Origin: Paraspadella gotoi
Lineage: Eukaryota; Animalia; Chaetognatha
Length of the DNA: 64,000 nt
NCBI GenBank assembly: GCA_051294375.1
Contig: CM119266.1
Coordinates: 10,317,677-10,381,676, forward strand
Reading direction: 5' to 3'
How positions within the stretch are numbered: position 1 is the first letter of the stretch; each line of letters starts with the position of its first letter. Made by a program: the position numbers and the translations under genes. The notes beneath the pieces were generated by a model. It saw only the letters and a list, made by a program, of their open reading frames with translations, was not told the DNA's origin and searched no databases. Below, in pieces: positions 1-14,164 of the stretch.

Positions 1-2745
1 ATTATCCAAAATCAATCCTTCAATCTTATTTGCATATCGTCGTGTTTTGATTAGGCAGTTATAAATATATATTTATTCCGTTAGTTTAGCTTTATCATCT
101 CATGATATGTTTAATATATTAGGATGCATCCCGGTCTTATACAAAAATATACCTTTTATAACATCACCTCTTTTACTTTTTTTTTTAGTCGGTTCCAAAA
201 AAATTCCTTTTCGTCTGGCGTTCTGACGTTGGTCCGAGGGGGGGGCGTCGATAGACGAGGATGAGCTCACGTACGATCGATGTATTTTTGTTTGATTTCC
301 TTCAAATTCTCGAGATGAATTTCGGAATTTGGAATCTCTGGCGGCAAAATCTCGGAATTCGTCTGATCTGCGGAGATAAAAAAAAAATAGAAAAGAACCA
401 CTCGTTAGTTTTCTCTTTATTTATTTTATATATATGCGTACATACTAAATTAAAAAAAAGCGAATTAGAGAAAGATTTTTTTTTTATAGTCGACTTTGTA
501 GATTGTTGCGATTTCTCGCTCTTTCCCCTGACTCAACCGTAAGACGGAGCGAGGAGGGGAAATCTCAAGAAAGGGAAGAAAAAAATAGTTTTTTCTTTCT
601 GCGTCGATCGAGTTTGAGTCGCCCAAAACAACGACGACAACAACAACGACTTCAACTCTGCGCGCGAATTCCTTGTGCCTTTTTCCGCGATTTATTTCGG
701 CGACGATGAAAAGAAAATAAGATAAAATAAAATAAAAAGAAAATAAAAAGAATCTTGACTTTTGTCAAAAGAGCGTGACGACGATCACGATGAATCAGAG
801 TTAGAAGATGACGACGACGACAAAGACGATGACGTAAATTGCAACGATGACGAGGACGAAGACAAATGCGCAAACCGGGCAAGACGTGAAAAGTGAGAGA
901 AAACGGGATCCATATCTCTATCGACGATGTAGAATTAGACTCAAAATAAGACGTTTGATGAGAGAGAAAGAGAGATGTGTTTATTTCTTATTAACGACCT
1001 TTTTCTTGACAATGACTACTTCCAGTTAGTTTTTTTAGATTCCCCGCTGACCAACCCAAATAGAGTCTGCCCCACTCCAGTCTTCAGTGAGAGTCGCCCC
1101 GGGTTTATTTTGCTCTACTGCGACAGGGTCTCAATGACTCGTGACCAAACTCATTTGTTAGTTTTTAAATGGAACCGTTTGTCTGTCCGTCTGTCGTCGG
1201 GAAAACCGAAATATATTTAAAATCGACAGGAGAAAAAAAATGATAAAGAAAAAATGACGATAAGAACCCGTATGTGAAAAGAGAAACAACCAGTGATTTT
1301 TTTTAAATATGTGATGATAAACTCATACGAATCAAAAGCTGATCGGAAGTGACGAAAACGAAAATTGTGTTAAGGACTCAATTGCTAGATATATGAGCTT
1401 TTTTTTGCATTTCCATAAATAGAATATATAGAAATAAAAAAAATTGTTTCACAATATTGACACTAACTTTTCGATTTCACCGACAGAGGGCAAAAGACCG
1501 ACGAAAGTACAAGAGTCAAAAAAATGTTACCGGAAGTCATGAAAAACAATTTTGAAAACTTAGAAAAAAATCTTTCTGGAAAAAAATAACTAATTTGAGA
1601 CAAGACTTTTTTTTGCGCTGGCGGACACTGGGGGACGGCGTGGGAGTGGAATGAAAACCAGAGTGGAAACATTTTAATGCGAGGTCACGCAGTGGAATAG
1701 AGTTTTTTTGAGCCCAGTTTTTTTTGGGGGGGGGACCCGAACGAGGAATCGCTTTTTTCCTCGTTTCTAAAATGGAGAAAGAGAAGAGGCGAAAGGGAGA
1801 AATGGACACTGTCCAATAGTAAAAAAGGACAAAAGGGGCAAGCGGCAAAGAAAGTTAAAAAAAACCAAATAAGCAATGAAAGAAATGACAAAGATGAAAC
1901 GGGGGAAAGTATCAAAGGGTAAAGGGCCAAACTGGTAAAAGAAAAAAAAAAAGAAAACGGCCGAAAGACGAAAAGGTGAAAAGGAAAAAAGGAAAAGTCG
2001 GAAAAAGGAAACGGCGAAAAGGAGAAAAGGGCGCGAAGGCGAAAAGGGGCCAAAGCGCGAGATTTGAAAGAGAAACTGGAAAAGAAAAAAACGCGATTCA
2101 ATTTGTTAACTCGTCGACATGAAAAGAAAAAAAAAAGTTTCGCGCACAATTTGTCGCTTTTTTCGTTTTTCTCGGTGCGCAAATCGCGATTAATTTTCGC
2201 TCGAGAATATAAAATTTTTAATTCCCCCCCACCTCTTCCCCCCCCCCCGACGACGAAAACAAAGATTAAATCGTCGCGAAATCAGAATTTTATGACTTTT
2301 TTTTTTCGTTCTCTCTCTCTCTCTCTGTCTTTTCTCGCACGGGGGGTCGCGACGCGCGAAGGAGCGTACAAAGTGGCTACTGAAAGATAGAGAGTGAGTG
2401 AGATCAGTGAAAAATCAGTGACTGAAGATTGTTGTAAGAAGTAGATCGTAGATTAGCAAAACTGAGAAGAAAAAAAATACACGCCGAGGATCGAATTGTA
2501 GATCGAACGTCTATAGAAATCGAAGAGACACAATTGATGAAATCGGATCGCGATTTCTTGGATTCTCGAATCCAGCGAATCTCAGAATCCGCAAACCTTT
2601 TTATCGCGCGGCGACGCGAACCTAAATTTTTACATTCCCTTTTTTTTTTCGTCGAAAAATCCCGGGACGTCGACGACGACGATGACGACGACGACGACGA
2701 CGAACAGGAGGATGACGTCGGGGAGAGAGAATATTTTTATGTGAT

Positions 2746-2748
<3 letters not shown>

Positions 2749-2804
<56 letters not shown>

Positions 2805-2836
2805 GTCTCTCTCAATCTCTCTCTCTTTCTCTCTCT
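2749..2836. repeat. (CT)n microsatellite
   Basis: Directly visible. Confidence 0.95.
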
Positions 2837-3934
2837 CCACATAAGGGTGCCAAGGTTCAAAATGGAATGTTTAAAAAACTATACTGACTTAAGAATAAAT
2901 CATGAATAATTCTTGCAACATCGCAAAAAGAGCGAACTGAGTAAATGTTAGAGTTTGAGTTAAATTGCCAATTATATCGTCGGCTTGACGTAAGATGCTT
3001 TCCAAGCATAATTAATGATCATTTTTTTATTCATTTTATAATGTAGTATTTTCTAATAATCTTCCCATCATTTTCCAATCAGCGTTGATTCACAAAATAC
3101 ACCGGCGACTCGGTTGTTCTTTTGATTGAAGACTCCTTCAATCCTAATTTCAAAGGCGCCAGGCGCCTGATAAGCCTGACTCTATCACGATTCCCGATTA
3201 GCGCTCAATGTCATTTATTGTCTTCTCAGAAGCGAAGCGAGAGAAAGCTTTGTTTCCGTCCGTCTGTGCTGACGTCCTCTTCGTCGTCGTCGTCGTCGTC
3301 GTCTTTAATATCTAGAACATGCTTTATTTTTCTTTTTTTTGTCGTTACTCAAGAAAAAAACTTTTTCGGGCAATCCCGACTTCTGTTTGTCGGGTTTGTA
3401 TTTATTATTGTTAGGGATTAGGGATATTACAAAAAACTTTCTATATTTAACCTGCTGACTTTGTGATTGATCGGCAGACTGAATAAGTAAAGATTTCAAA
3501 AAAACTGAGAATGTACTTTAATATGCAAACACTTTTCTTTTTTTTTCTCTTCTCTTTTATCTCTCTCTCTCTTCTCTCTTCTCTCTTCTCTCTTCTCTCT
3601 TCTCTCTTCTCTCTTCTCTCTTCTCTCTCCTAAAAACCTCCATTTTTTACCCAAATAAGGCGAGGATCGAAATATATCTCATCCTTTTGACGTCACGAAG
3701 ATTCTCTCAACTCGGGAACTTTCCTCCGCATTCTCTCATCTCGACTTTTCGACGTCAGAAAGAATTTCTCCTTTTTTTTTTAATCATCGACGCTTTTACT
3801 TTCCCGCCAAAATTTTTTCTCGTCTTCGTAACGCGCGAATTTGACGCCATCGCGAATTCCGAGAGGCGCGAATGTTTCATTCCACCCCCCTTAAGACGCC
3901 CCCCTTCCTTTTTTTGGCCTCGAGTTTGGCGGAC

Positions 3935-3982
3935 GCGATTGGGCAGGGGTGTGGAAAGGCGATTGGGCAGGGGTGTGGAAAG
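3935..3982. repeat. 23-bp tandem duplication
   Basis: gcgattgggcaggggtgtggaaa occurs twice in tandem. Confidence 0.9.
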
Positions 3983-4768
3983 GTTTGAGGGGGCGAAGTG
4001 CGTCATATGGGAGAGTTCTTGGTGGGCTGTGAGGAATTGAAAGTGAAGTTGCCATCAGTGAAACGAATCTGAGGTTGGTCAGAATTGTCGATTGAGGAAT
4101 TGATATAACTACAATGACTTGCTTACTAAACTAACAATATACTGCATATTATGTACTAGTACATACATAACTACACAACAAAACTTTACATCCAGCTTCC
4201 TACAACTTTTCTAGTACTTTTTATTACTAAACTAAACCAAACTGCGTAGAAGTTCAACTGGTAAAAATTTGATTTTGAAGTCGGTCAAGGCAGCTAATTC
4301 TCGAAATGTAATTTAATAAATGAAATAATGAAATAAATTATTGCTTGAATTAATACACAGATAATTTTCTATTTCATAATAGTAACTTAATCAGCTATTC
4401 TCAGAATTTTCTCTTTTATGCTGTGAATAAAAGAACAGAAAACAATGAAAAGTGCATCAAATTCGTAGGTTCATTTTGAGCATCACTTGATCATTTTTTA
4501 AATGAACTGATTCTCTTTAAACATTCATTCCAAACATTAAACTTAAAGAAAATGGGTAAACAACAACTACACGTAACATTCACTCTCCGCTTTTTCAGTT
4601 TTCCTCATCTCTTCGATTCACTCGTTGTGATTTTCACTCACGGAAAATAAAAAAATTCACGGAATGAAAATAAAATTTTTTGAAAGTGGCGCAGAAAAAG
4701 GAAGGCGTAGCTTCCACTTTTGATGAGTTGGAACATTCCTATCCAATATGTCGTGACACATTTTTTCG

Positions 4769-4770
<2 letters not shown>

Positions 4771-4808
<38 letters not shown>

Positions 4809-4838
4809 GTCCCTCTCTCCTCTCATCTCTCTCTCTCA

Positions 4839-4871
<33 letters not shown>

Positions 4872-4962
4872 GCTTGTTTCTCTGGACAAACTCAGAACGA
4901 TTTGTTTTCATGGTTGTGACGGAAGGTTTTTGCTTCGCTTAATTGCACGGCGGACCCCCGAC

Positions 4963-5054
<92 letters not shown>
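4771..5054. repeat. (CT)n 4771-4871 and (GA)n 4965-5054 microsatellites
   Basis: Directly visible. Confidence 0.95.
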
Positions 5055-5055
<1 letters not shown>

Positions 5056-8000
5056 GGGATAGGGGTGGGAGGGTCGAGACCGCTGCCTAATGAGATATCG
5101 CTCGGACTTGACAATTAAAAAGGAGAGAAATCGATTCAAGCGCCGGGCAGAATTCGAAAAGAGCCGTCGGGCGCGGGAAAGCTATCGGGCAAAAGAGCAA
5201 GCGGGCAGAGCAAAAAGGGGCAGGGGGGCTGCGGATGATGTGGTTTGGATAAGCTGGTCGAACGAATCCCGTTTCCTACAACAAGCGGCATATCTTGTTT
5301 GCACAGATTGAGTTCGAGAGGTTCGTTGTTCATTGGTGTTCATTATGTCCAGGTGGTCAGTGTGGAAAAGGTTTGTCGATGGCGGGTCGTCGGGTCATTC
5401 AACAGGGTCATTCTACAGGGTCGATTTCCGACGGGTACAAGGAATATTTTGGTGAAGAAAAAGATTTTGTCTATTATTTTCTCTGTCTTAATTTCATTCT
5501 CATTTTCTCATGCACATTTTCTCATTATCATTATCTCTTTCTTTCATGTTCATTCTCCTATTCTCATTCGCTCGTTATCGTTTTGTCATTTTCATCAGCT
5601 CATTCTCTCACCCCAGTAGTGTAAGTAATCGTCCGAACTTTACGTACAACGACGAAGCCCTTCTTCCTTCCTTCGTTGTGGTCTTTCGATCGAAAATATG
5701 CTCGGATCGCGCCGTCCACCCAAACAGCTCAAAACGGCCCCAAAATGCGTCGTTTCGGCTCAAGTTTAAAAAATTCTTCGAAAAAGGAAAGAAGAATTTT
5801 CTTTCTTTCGTTTAAATGAATGAGGAATTCCTTGTATTTTCTGGGTCAACGACCATCAAAACGTTCGAGTCAATACTCGTCAAGGACGTCATATGGAATG
5901 AAGAGTAGATTCACGAAGCGAATCGTGGTCAAATTCACTGTTTATCGTTTCACAAAGAGTTTACGATTTCAAATTACAAATTACAAATTGACTAAGCGAG
6001 AAAAGAATTCGATTATTTTGTATTAAGCAATTCGTTGAGGGATTTACAAGTGCATTTTTTTTATAATTTGTTTTCCAATATTTTGATTTAAAATGGACGA
6101 ATCATTTTTTAAGGCAATTCAGTAAAAATGAATCGAAATATTGGCCAAAAAAATTACCATCAAAAGGCACTTGTAAATCTGACAACGAATTTCTTAACAC
6201 TAATTTACAAATTCTTGTGCATATGATGTCTCTTCCACGATTAATAAGAATATTTTTTTCTTAAAGGGAACGATCTCGTGGGCGAGATTTGGTGATTAAG
6301 GATGTCAAACATTTTTATTTTCATTTTATGTCGATTGGAAAAGATTTTTTTTGGCCGAGACCTTTTGGTCGGAATTTGAAATTATTTTGTTCTGCCTACA
6401 ATTTCAACCAGCATTTTTTTTTATTCTCAATCCGGTAAAACGCTGAATTGATCACATTGTTTTACTCACGAAACATTTTAGTAAATGTTTAAAAATTATT
6501 TTATTTTACCCTAAAATGATGTGATTGTTAAAATTATGCCACGAAAGAAGTAAATATTTTTCTCTTCTCTGCCACGAATTTATGGCAAGGCCGTCCTTTT
6601 ATAATGTGGGCAATAACTATCTTCGGCTCAATTTTCCGAAACACATACATTTATTAAGGTTAGATGATTTTCATTAAGGATTGAATTAAATCTTAATTTC
6701 ATTTCTACTAAAAAAGATGAAAATAATTGTTTGTAATTGTATTGATATCTAACTTGTATTATTATTATTATTATTATTATCATTATTATTACAAGATTTT
6801 TGTAGGTTCATTTGTTTTACAGTTTAGCTTATGCGACGACAGAGCGCCCAACTAATGTCTTTTTTTTTCGGCGGAAGAACATATCGGGCTGTAAACAAAA
6901 GATTACTGAATTCACACTTTTCCGTTCGCTATTCTTTTAAATTTTGAAACGGAATATAAACATAACTAAAACGTAAGATTTATTACTGTAAATTCATTAA
7001 CGTACGAGCATTGTTATCATAAATCGGGAAAAATAAATCAACGTTAACCCATCTACAATACTAAACATTTGTGTGATTTTTGAAAGAATTAGAGATGTTT
7101 CAAAATAGTTACAAAGATAGTTTAAATATATTTCAAAGCTTCGTAATGTTTATCTATCTATTTTGAAATTAATGTATGCCTAATCGATATTATTCAAAAT
7201 ATTGTCGCGTTTCTCAATCGCTAACGCCCAGGCTTTATTCCTCGCTCGCGCGAATAACTGGAGAGCGAGAGAGCGGGAGCAAGAGTGGGTGTGTGTGAAA
7301 GGGAGAGCAGAAAATCCTGGGATCGGGAAAAGTCGAATTAACGTAAACTTCTTTGGTTACATTTCATCAATTGAATGCACACTTGAATCTTCATGGGAGG
7401 TCTGGCCATCGGTCCGGCCCTTCCCTCTCTCTCTCTCTCTCCGCTTAATTATCTCCCACTCGCGAATATTTCTCTCTTGGCCCCGATATTTTTTTTTTCC
7501 GTTGGGGCCTCATTCGGGTTAATTATCTTATGTCGGGGACTTCGCATAGAATATAACGCACATTAAGGTCCAGGTATTTCGTTGTCTTTTATTGTGCTCT
7601 TTACCTTTGATTTTTTTTATAATTAAAACGCACAGACCTTTCTATTTTTTTTTTCGATTGTTGTTCAATTAGTTAAAAGCTTTTTTTGGCAACCGTTATA
7701 TACATACAAGCCTACAAAATCTGACGCTAACGTTAAACTATGTTACTTATATATAAACTGCTACTTATATACAACCTTTTAAATAGAACGATTTAAAACA
7801 AAATGCGTTACCGTTTAACCTTCCATAAAGCTACGCCCTTTGCCTCTCGACCCTAAAGTAATTAAGAAAATACCTGTACACTTTTTACTTGTCATAATTT
7901 TTATAAAAAAATATTAATTAATTATTCAATCAATACAAATCCATTAAAAATGTAAACCGAATCCTTTCGAAACAAAAAAATCTCCTCGGACTACTACATA

Positions 8001-8074
8001 AATCCTTCGCAAATTACTCTCTCTCTCTCTCCTGAAGGAAAAAAAACTTGTTGCGTTCCACACCCCAATTCTTT

Positions 8075-8077
<3 letters not shown>

Positions 8078-8155
<78 letters not shown>

Positions 8156-8347
8156 CTCCTCTCTCTCTCGTCGAGGGCTCCGGAGGGCTCCATGGGTGGC
8201 CAAGAGCTTCGACATCATATTCTGTCAAAATCCTACGTGTCTATTACGTTTTTCCGGCGATCGATCGTCCCTCCCTCCACCGACTTGGAAGTCAGTGAAG
8301 GGACTACCTCCGCCTTCCCCACCCTTTCCTCACCCCCTAACCGTTCA

Positions 8348-8420
<73 letters not shown>

Positions 8421-8452
8421 AGAGAGAAGAGGAGAAGAGAAGAGAGGAGAGA
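8078..8452. repeat. (CT)n 8078-8168 and (GA)n 8351-8452 microsatellites
   Basis: Directly visible. Confidence 0.95.
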
Positions 8453-9036
8453 GCCGATGAGGAAGGAGACAATGAGTAGTTCGATAGCAACCATTTTTCG
8501 ATCTCTTCTCTTCCAACTGGATATTATTGTCTTTGCGTTTTCAATGATTATTTTGTGGCAGTATATTCACACCGCCTCAGAGGGGAAACACGCCGTCACA
8601 GGCGTTGTGTTCCATCCACAGTTCTAACGACTTCCCTCTGCGTTGGTAAATCGAGACCGTCCTAGGGTAACCACGCCACTGACTGGAGGCGTCACTGAGG
8701 GTCGGAAGCCCCCAAAGCCAACATTGAGATGCCCCCACCTCCATGGGCATCACAGGCAACTCGGCTGTTGACATAATTTGTTATTTCCCTTTTCCGGAGT
8801 AAGTAGATCAGTTAATTCGTTGCAATTTCTCTTGTCGTTGGATTAAAGAAACCTTTTGATCTTTCATCTTCAGATGGAAAATCAATAAATTGGAAGATTT
8901 GGGATCATATCTGTTTCTGAAACTTTTAGCTTTTAGCAAAGGATACGGGGCATCGCTTGTTACAATTGCCTCCTACCACGGTCATACTTACGAGAAACGT
9001 CTCGCATTGCCAACTCAACGGGGCCGGGGGCCACCG

Positions 9037-9290
9037 GTAATGATCCTGGAACGCACGGTCGATATGGTGCGTTACCACACAAAACCATTGCGACTTGCAT
9101 AAATGTAGTCGGTGGATTCCATGTGAAAAAAACCACATTTATGTCGTTTGCCGCATTTGTGATTTCACTGTAGGATTTTCTTGTGAAATTGGTACAATTA
9201 ATATAAAATTATCCATTCATTTAATAAATAAGCTATCTAGCCCCTGATTTGGACAGGCTATGGATACTTGGACAGGCTATGGTGCTTTAA
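9037..9290 (+). mobile_element. Possible degenerate DNA-transposon 3' end (Cys/His zinc-finger remnant plus subterminal repeat)
   Basis: A frameshifted translation gives KTIATC.KCSRWIPCEKNHIYVVCRICDF. It is followed by AATAAA and ttggacaggctatgg twice. The ~75-bp segment ggtacaa..attatccat.catttaataaataagc.atct.gcccc..tttggacagg recurs at ~27886-27958. Confidence 0.3.
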
Positions 9291-11619
9291 GGCTTCCATC
9301 ACACTTACATAGTGGGACCCAGTAATTTTTAATCAAGATTCTCTGTGTAAGAGACGCGATGATTATGTGAGTCTGACTCCTCATTCTTCTCTCTTCTCTC
9401 TTTCCTTTTTTGTTCTCTCCTTTCCTCTTTTTCCTCGCACCTCTGACAAATTATTACTAATACTATTACTTCACTCTAAGCCAACGACAAGCTCAAGTTA
9501 ACCGATCTTGAGAATTTTTGCTACGTAGCTCCTCGTAACTATTAATTAGTATTATTTATTATAATCCTCTTTATTAAATCCTTCTTATTAAATACTATCT
9601 AAATATAATTCGTATTTTCATCTTAACTAATTATCAATTATTATTATTTATTATTATAAAATCTCAACTAGTTATAAGATGACGTCTAGAGCAAAATTCA
9701 TCTGCATCACGTGATTGATCAAATCAGAAAAAGGGAATTTCAAATTTCTGGGGTGTTTCTCTATGCAGCAAGACTCAAGGAAAAAGCAAATAAAATGGCT
9801 GCTCGAGGAAAAGCTTCGCGTTAATCGAGAATTCGAATTTGAAAATGGCGCTAACTTACCTATTTAGTATTTATACGTAAATCCGGATCACTGAATAACT
9901 AAGTTTCTTTTTTTTTTTNNNNNNNNNNNNNNNNNNNNNNNNNNNNNNNNNNNNNNNNNNNNNNNNNNNNNNNNNNNNNNNNNNNNNNNNNNNNNNNNNN
10001 NNNNNNNNNNNNNNNNNNNNNNNNNNNNNNNNNNNNNNNNNNNNNNNNNNNNNNNNNNNNNNNNNNNNNNNNNNNNNNNNNNNNNNNNNNNNNNNNNNNN
10101 NNNNNNNNNNNNNNATCATTTTTGGCGCCGAAATTCCTACTTCTCGCTTCACACGTTTTTTCTTCCGCAATTTAATTATTTTTCTCAATTTTCAGTGAAT
10201 TAAATTGGAAATTAGAAAGTCTTTTCCGCCCCCCGTTTCGCCCCCTCAGCCTGATCGATTCAATTCGTATTTAATTACATCCCTGAAAGAGAGGAATAAG
10301 TTATTTATAATAGATGTATGTTCAGTTAAGCTAATGCCCGGATGTAGAAAAAAATCTGATCAATCCTTCACTAAAACTTCTGTCGATATTTGAACGTCAT
10401 TGAAAAAAAAAGAAGAATTAACTCGCTACCGGTGAATAAAACAAATGAAATTAAATTATATCAAAATGATCGAAAATATACACATATACACATATACACA
10501 CAAAATATACACATATCGGGTCGCAGATTCAATATTCCCTCCCAGATTTACATTTCAATTTTATAGTTTAGAATATTATAATTTTAAAAAATCCGGTTTT
10601 TCGGATTTTCAAATTGTCAAATCGACTCAACAGAACTACACCTCTCCCAATAGCAAGGTAAGTATACTACATATTGTTCAAAACATATGTCACTGAGTTG
10701 AATAAAAAGGCACCTGTCCGCTTGCTTCTTTCACCTCACATCCTCCCGTCCGAAGATCTCGTCCTGGATTCTCGCCTCTCTCTTCTTCCCATAAACAATT
10801 CACTCTTGTCCAAAACCGACGAAAGGATCGAAAGAGAAACGAGTCGATCGAAACGAGTCGATCGAAACGAGTCGANNNNNNNNNNNNNNNNNNNNNNNNN
10901 NNNNNNNNNNNNNNNNNNNNNNNNNNNNNNNNNNNNNNNNNNNNNNNNNNNNNNNNNNNNNNNNNNNNNNNNNNNNNNNNNNNNNNNNNNNNNNNNNNNN
11001 NNNNNNNNNNNNNNNNNNNNNNNNNNNNNNNNNNNNNNNNNNNNNNNNNNNNNNNNNNNNNNNNNNNNNNNNNNNNNNNNNNNNNNNNNNNNNNNNNNNN
11101 NNNNNNNNNNNNNNNNNNNNNNNNNNNNNNNNNNNNNNNNNNNNNNNNNNNNNNNNNNNNNNNNNNNNNNNNNNNNNNNNNNNNNNNNNNNNNNNNNNNN
11201 NNNNNNNNNNNNNNNNNNNNNNNNNNNNNNNNNNTCTCCTTTTTCTCTCTATACTTTTTTCTCTCGCCGAATTGCCTTCTCCCACTCCTCTTCTTTTTTT
11301 CCATTCTGTTCTCCCACTTCTATCAATATGATCGGATCCGTTCTTCGTCTCCCTTTTTTTTCTCTCCTTTCTTACACTTTATCATTCTAACCAGTTTAAT
11401 TTTTCCACTCCTGTCATTTTCCATCACTCTTATCACATTTGTCAGATCTATTTTCTTAAACTTAACATTTTCTTTATGGCACTCGTATCATTTTTTTCTA
11501 ATACATTCTGTCACTCTTTCTGATCTGTTTTCCCACTTCTTTTTTTTCTCTCCCAATTCGTTCTCAACACCTTTCGCTCCCACTTCACTCCCATTTTTCT
11601 CCTCTGATCCATTCTCAAA

Positions 11620-11835
11620 CTCCTATCTCTCCTTCCAGATTCGTTCTCCCACTTCTATATTTCTCTTGCAATCCGTTTTCCCACTCCATTTTTCCGTCCC
11701 GATCCGTTCTCCCACTCCTATCTCTCTTTCCAGATTCGTTCTCCCACTTCTATATTTCTATTGCGATCCGTTTTCCCACTCCATTTTTCCGTCTCGATCC
11801 GTTCTCCCACTCCTTTCGTTCTCCCACTCCTTTCG
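11620..11835. repeat. ~95-bp pyrimidine-rich tandem repeat (2+ units) built on a ccgttctcccactcc core
   Basis: ttccagattcgttctcccacttctatatttct.ttgc.atccgttttcccactccatttttccgtc.cgatccgttctcccactcc occurs at ~11633 and ~11728. Confidence 0.8.
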
Positions 11836-11933
11836 TTCTCTCCTTCTCTCGATTTTCTCGCCGCCCGCGTTTTCTTTGATCTCTCGCCCTTCGTTTTTCC
11901 CGCTAAATCCCTTGTAAATAAACAACTTGACTT

Positions 11934-12039
<106 letters not shown>

Positions 12040-13469
12040 CTTCCGCTTATAAATGCTTTCACCTTTACTAGAGCGTAGTGAAAGTTACATACGAAAATTC
12101 TAAATGTCAATAATGAACAACATACCATCAGTGAACATTAATTTGTAAAAAAAATTAATTTTATGTTCTTCAATTTTCGCAGTAGGCTATATTTAAAAAT
12201 ATTATTTATATATAGTACTATCCTTATAAAATCGAAAAATTTCAAATAGGCTTTTCTTAATTTTGATTGCAGATTTGAATTCCTTGTCAAAAGTTGATAA
12301 AAGAAAATATAAATCATTTTTAAAAATTATTTCATATGTGGGTTAAAAATTTTTAAAAATATATTTAATATATAAAATTTTAATTTTCAGCTTAAAATAT
12401 AGGTTTTTTTATATTGGACCAACTTAATGAAAGAATTTTTAAAAAAGAGTTATTGTTGTGATTCTTTCTTTTTCGTTGTATTTGTGTTTAAGAAATAACA
12501 GATATTTAATGTTTAACAACGAATTTTTATTTAATAATTTAAATAAAAATTTGTTGTTAAACATTAAATATCTGTTATTCCTTAAAAAAGAGTTATATTT
12601 TTTTGTATCAACTTTTCATGACGAATCTAAATCTGCAAAAAAATCTTACAAAAAACTATTTTTAAATTTTAAATTTTCTTGGATTAGTACTAGTATAAAT
12701 ATGGCCTACTGCGTAAATTGTAAAATATAAATTTTTTTATACATAAATGTTCATTAGTATAATGTTATTCGTTCCTCACTTTTAGAATTTTAATTAAAGT
12801 TAAATTTAGAATTTTCACTACGCTTTAACCTTTACATATTCTCCCTCTCATTTTTTTTCGGGGGGGGGGTGGGCGGCGTGGGTTTGAACGTCTTCCTCCA
12901 ATGACATTTCTTCGTACGTATGTCGCTTTCTTTTTCTTGAGCTTCAAGTTTCATACTAAGAATTTTTTGGAACAGGACTTTGTCACTTCTTGTAGTTTGC
13001 TCATTTGAATTTTGTTGCATTGCGCGTTTAAAAAATGTTAAATCAATAAAAAAAAAGGTTTATTTAATAAACAAAATTTTATAAACGAAAATTCTACTCC
13101 ACTTCTTCCTCTCTTCGACGTTTTTTTTTTCTCCTTCATGTCTATTGAATATTCACTATTCACTATTCACAGTATTCAGTATCCCTCACCTCGTCTTCCT
13201 CTCCTTCTCCATCTCCGCCCACGCCTCTCCCTGACCGCTCCCTCCCCTTTCCCCTTNNNNNNNNNNNNNNNNNNNNNNNNNCTTCCTTCTCTCTCTCTCT
13301 CTCCTCTCTTCTCTCACTCTCTCTCTCTCCTCTCTCTACTCTCTCTCTTCTCTCTACTCTCTCTCTCTCGTGGTTCCCTCCCTTTTATTTTCTACCCAAA
13401 GAGCCACGCGGCCAACTTTTTTTATCTGTTTCAGTTACGCCGTCTTCGATCTCTCTCCTCTCTCTCTCT

Positions 13470-13512
<43 letters not shown>

Positions 13513-14164
13513 CGTCTCTCTCTCTCTCTCATCTTTTCTGTTCTCTTTTCGGGACCCACGGCCATGTTTATTTTGATATTTCTCGAAAATCTTCTTCTCT
13601 GCCCATCTTCCTCCCCTCTTCCTCAATCCCTACTTACCACAGACCGCAGAAACACCAGATCTAACTCTTCTTCAACTCCGATAGCCTCGACCTATATAAC
13701 GCAGTGTTGGTCCTTCGCCGGGCATATTTTCGACCTTGTTTCGCCGGATCACTCTAGTCGCCCTCCGGTCGCTCGCTCGTCCGTCGTTTGCGTCCCGTCC
13801 CTGTCAGTCCTTCCGTGTTCATCTACGCTTCAATTCTGATGCTTGACTACAAGCAATATCCCTCAGGTCTCCAGATATTCAGAAAAAAACTTCGGACTGG
13901 ACGAAAGCCCCCTCTAAACTCTCTCATCCATCTCTTGCCTCTCCTGACTCTCCAGATTCCTCTTCCCTCTCTCTCTCTATCATTCATTTTTGAGAAAGGG
14001 ATGGCGACCGACCTAAATTTCCTCTCAACTTTAATAGCATCGCTTCACTTACACCGATATATATTAAATTCACGCGAATGTTAATTATTTGTCTACTCAA
14101 ATTTATAATTCATAGTTGATATTATTATAATTGTGAGACAAAAGAATAGCCCGAAAAGTCTCTG

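Noticed and set aside
1039-1127. Possible isolated exon (tttag|ATTCCCCG...ACAGG|gt)
   Set aside because: Weak donor, no recognisable peptide and no partner exons.
4339-4363. ttattgcttgaattaatacac resembling miR-137
   Set aside because: Internal mismatches and no 5p arm; AT-rich chance match.
5230-5440. Unique GC-balanced island with a CSLCPGGQC peptide
   Set aside because: No start or splice context and no family match in any frame; left unassigned.
8540-8780. GC-rich unique block with 65-aa minus-strand and 143-aa plus-strand ORFs
   Set aside because: No recognisable motif, adjacent to noisy gap-filled sequence, and the plus ORF runs through a GA microsatellite.
10836-10875. gaaacgagtcgatc x3, and other short repeats, as a CRISPR-like array
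   Set aside because: Head-to-tail units with no spacers, a eukaryotic context and no cas genes.
13655-13678. CCAGATCTAACTCTTC, identical to the 5' 16 nt of miR-750 as I recall it
   Set aside because: There is no complementary arm for a hairpin, it lies in a noisy gap-fill segment, and it is absent from the cleaner copy near 16290.
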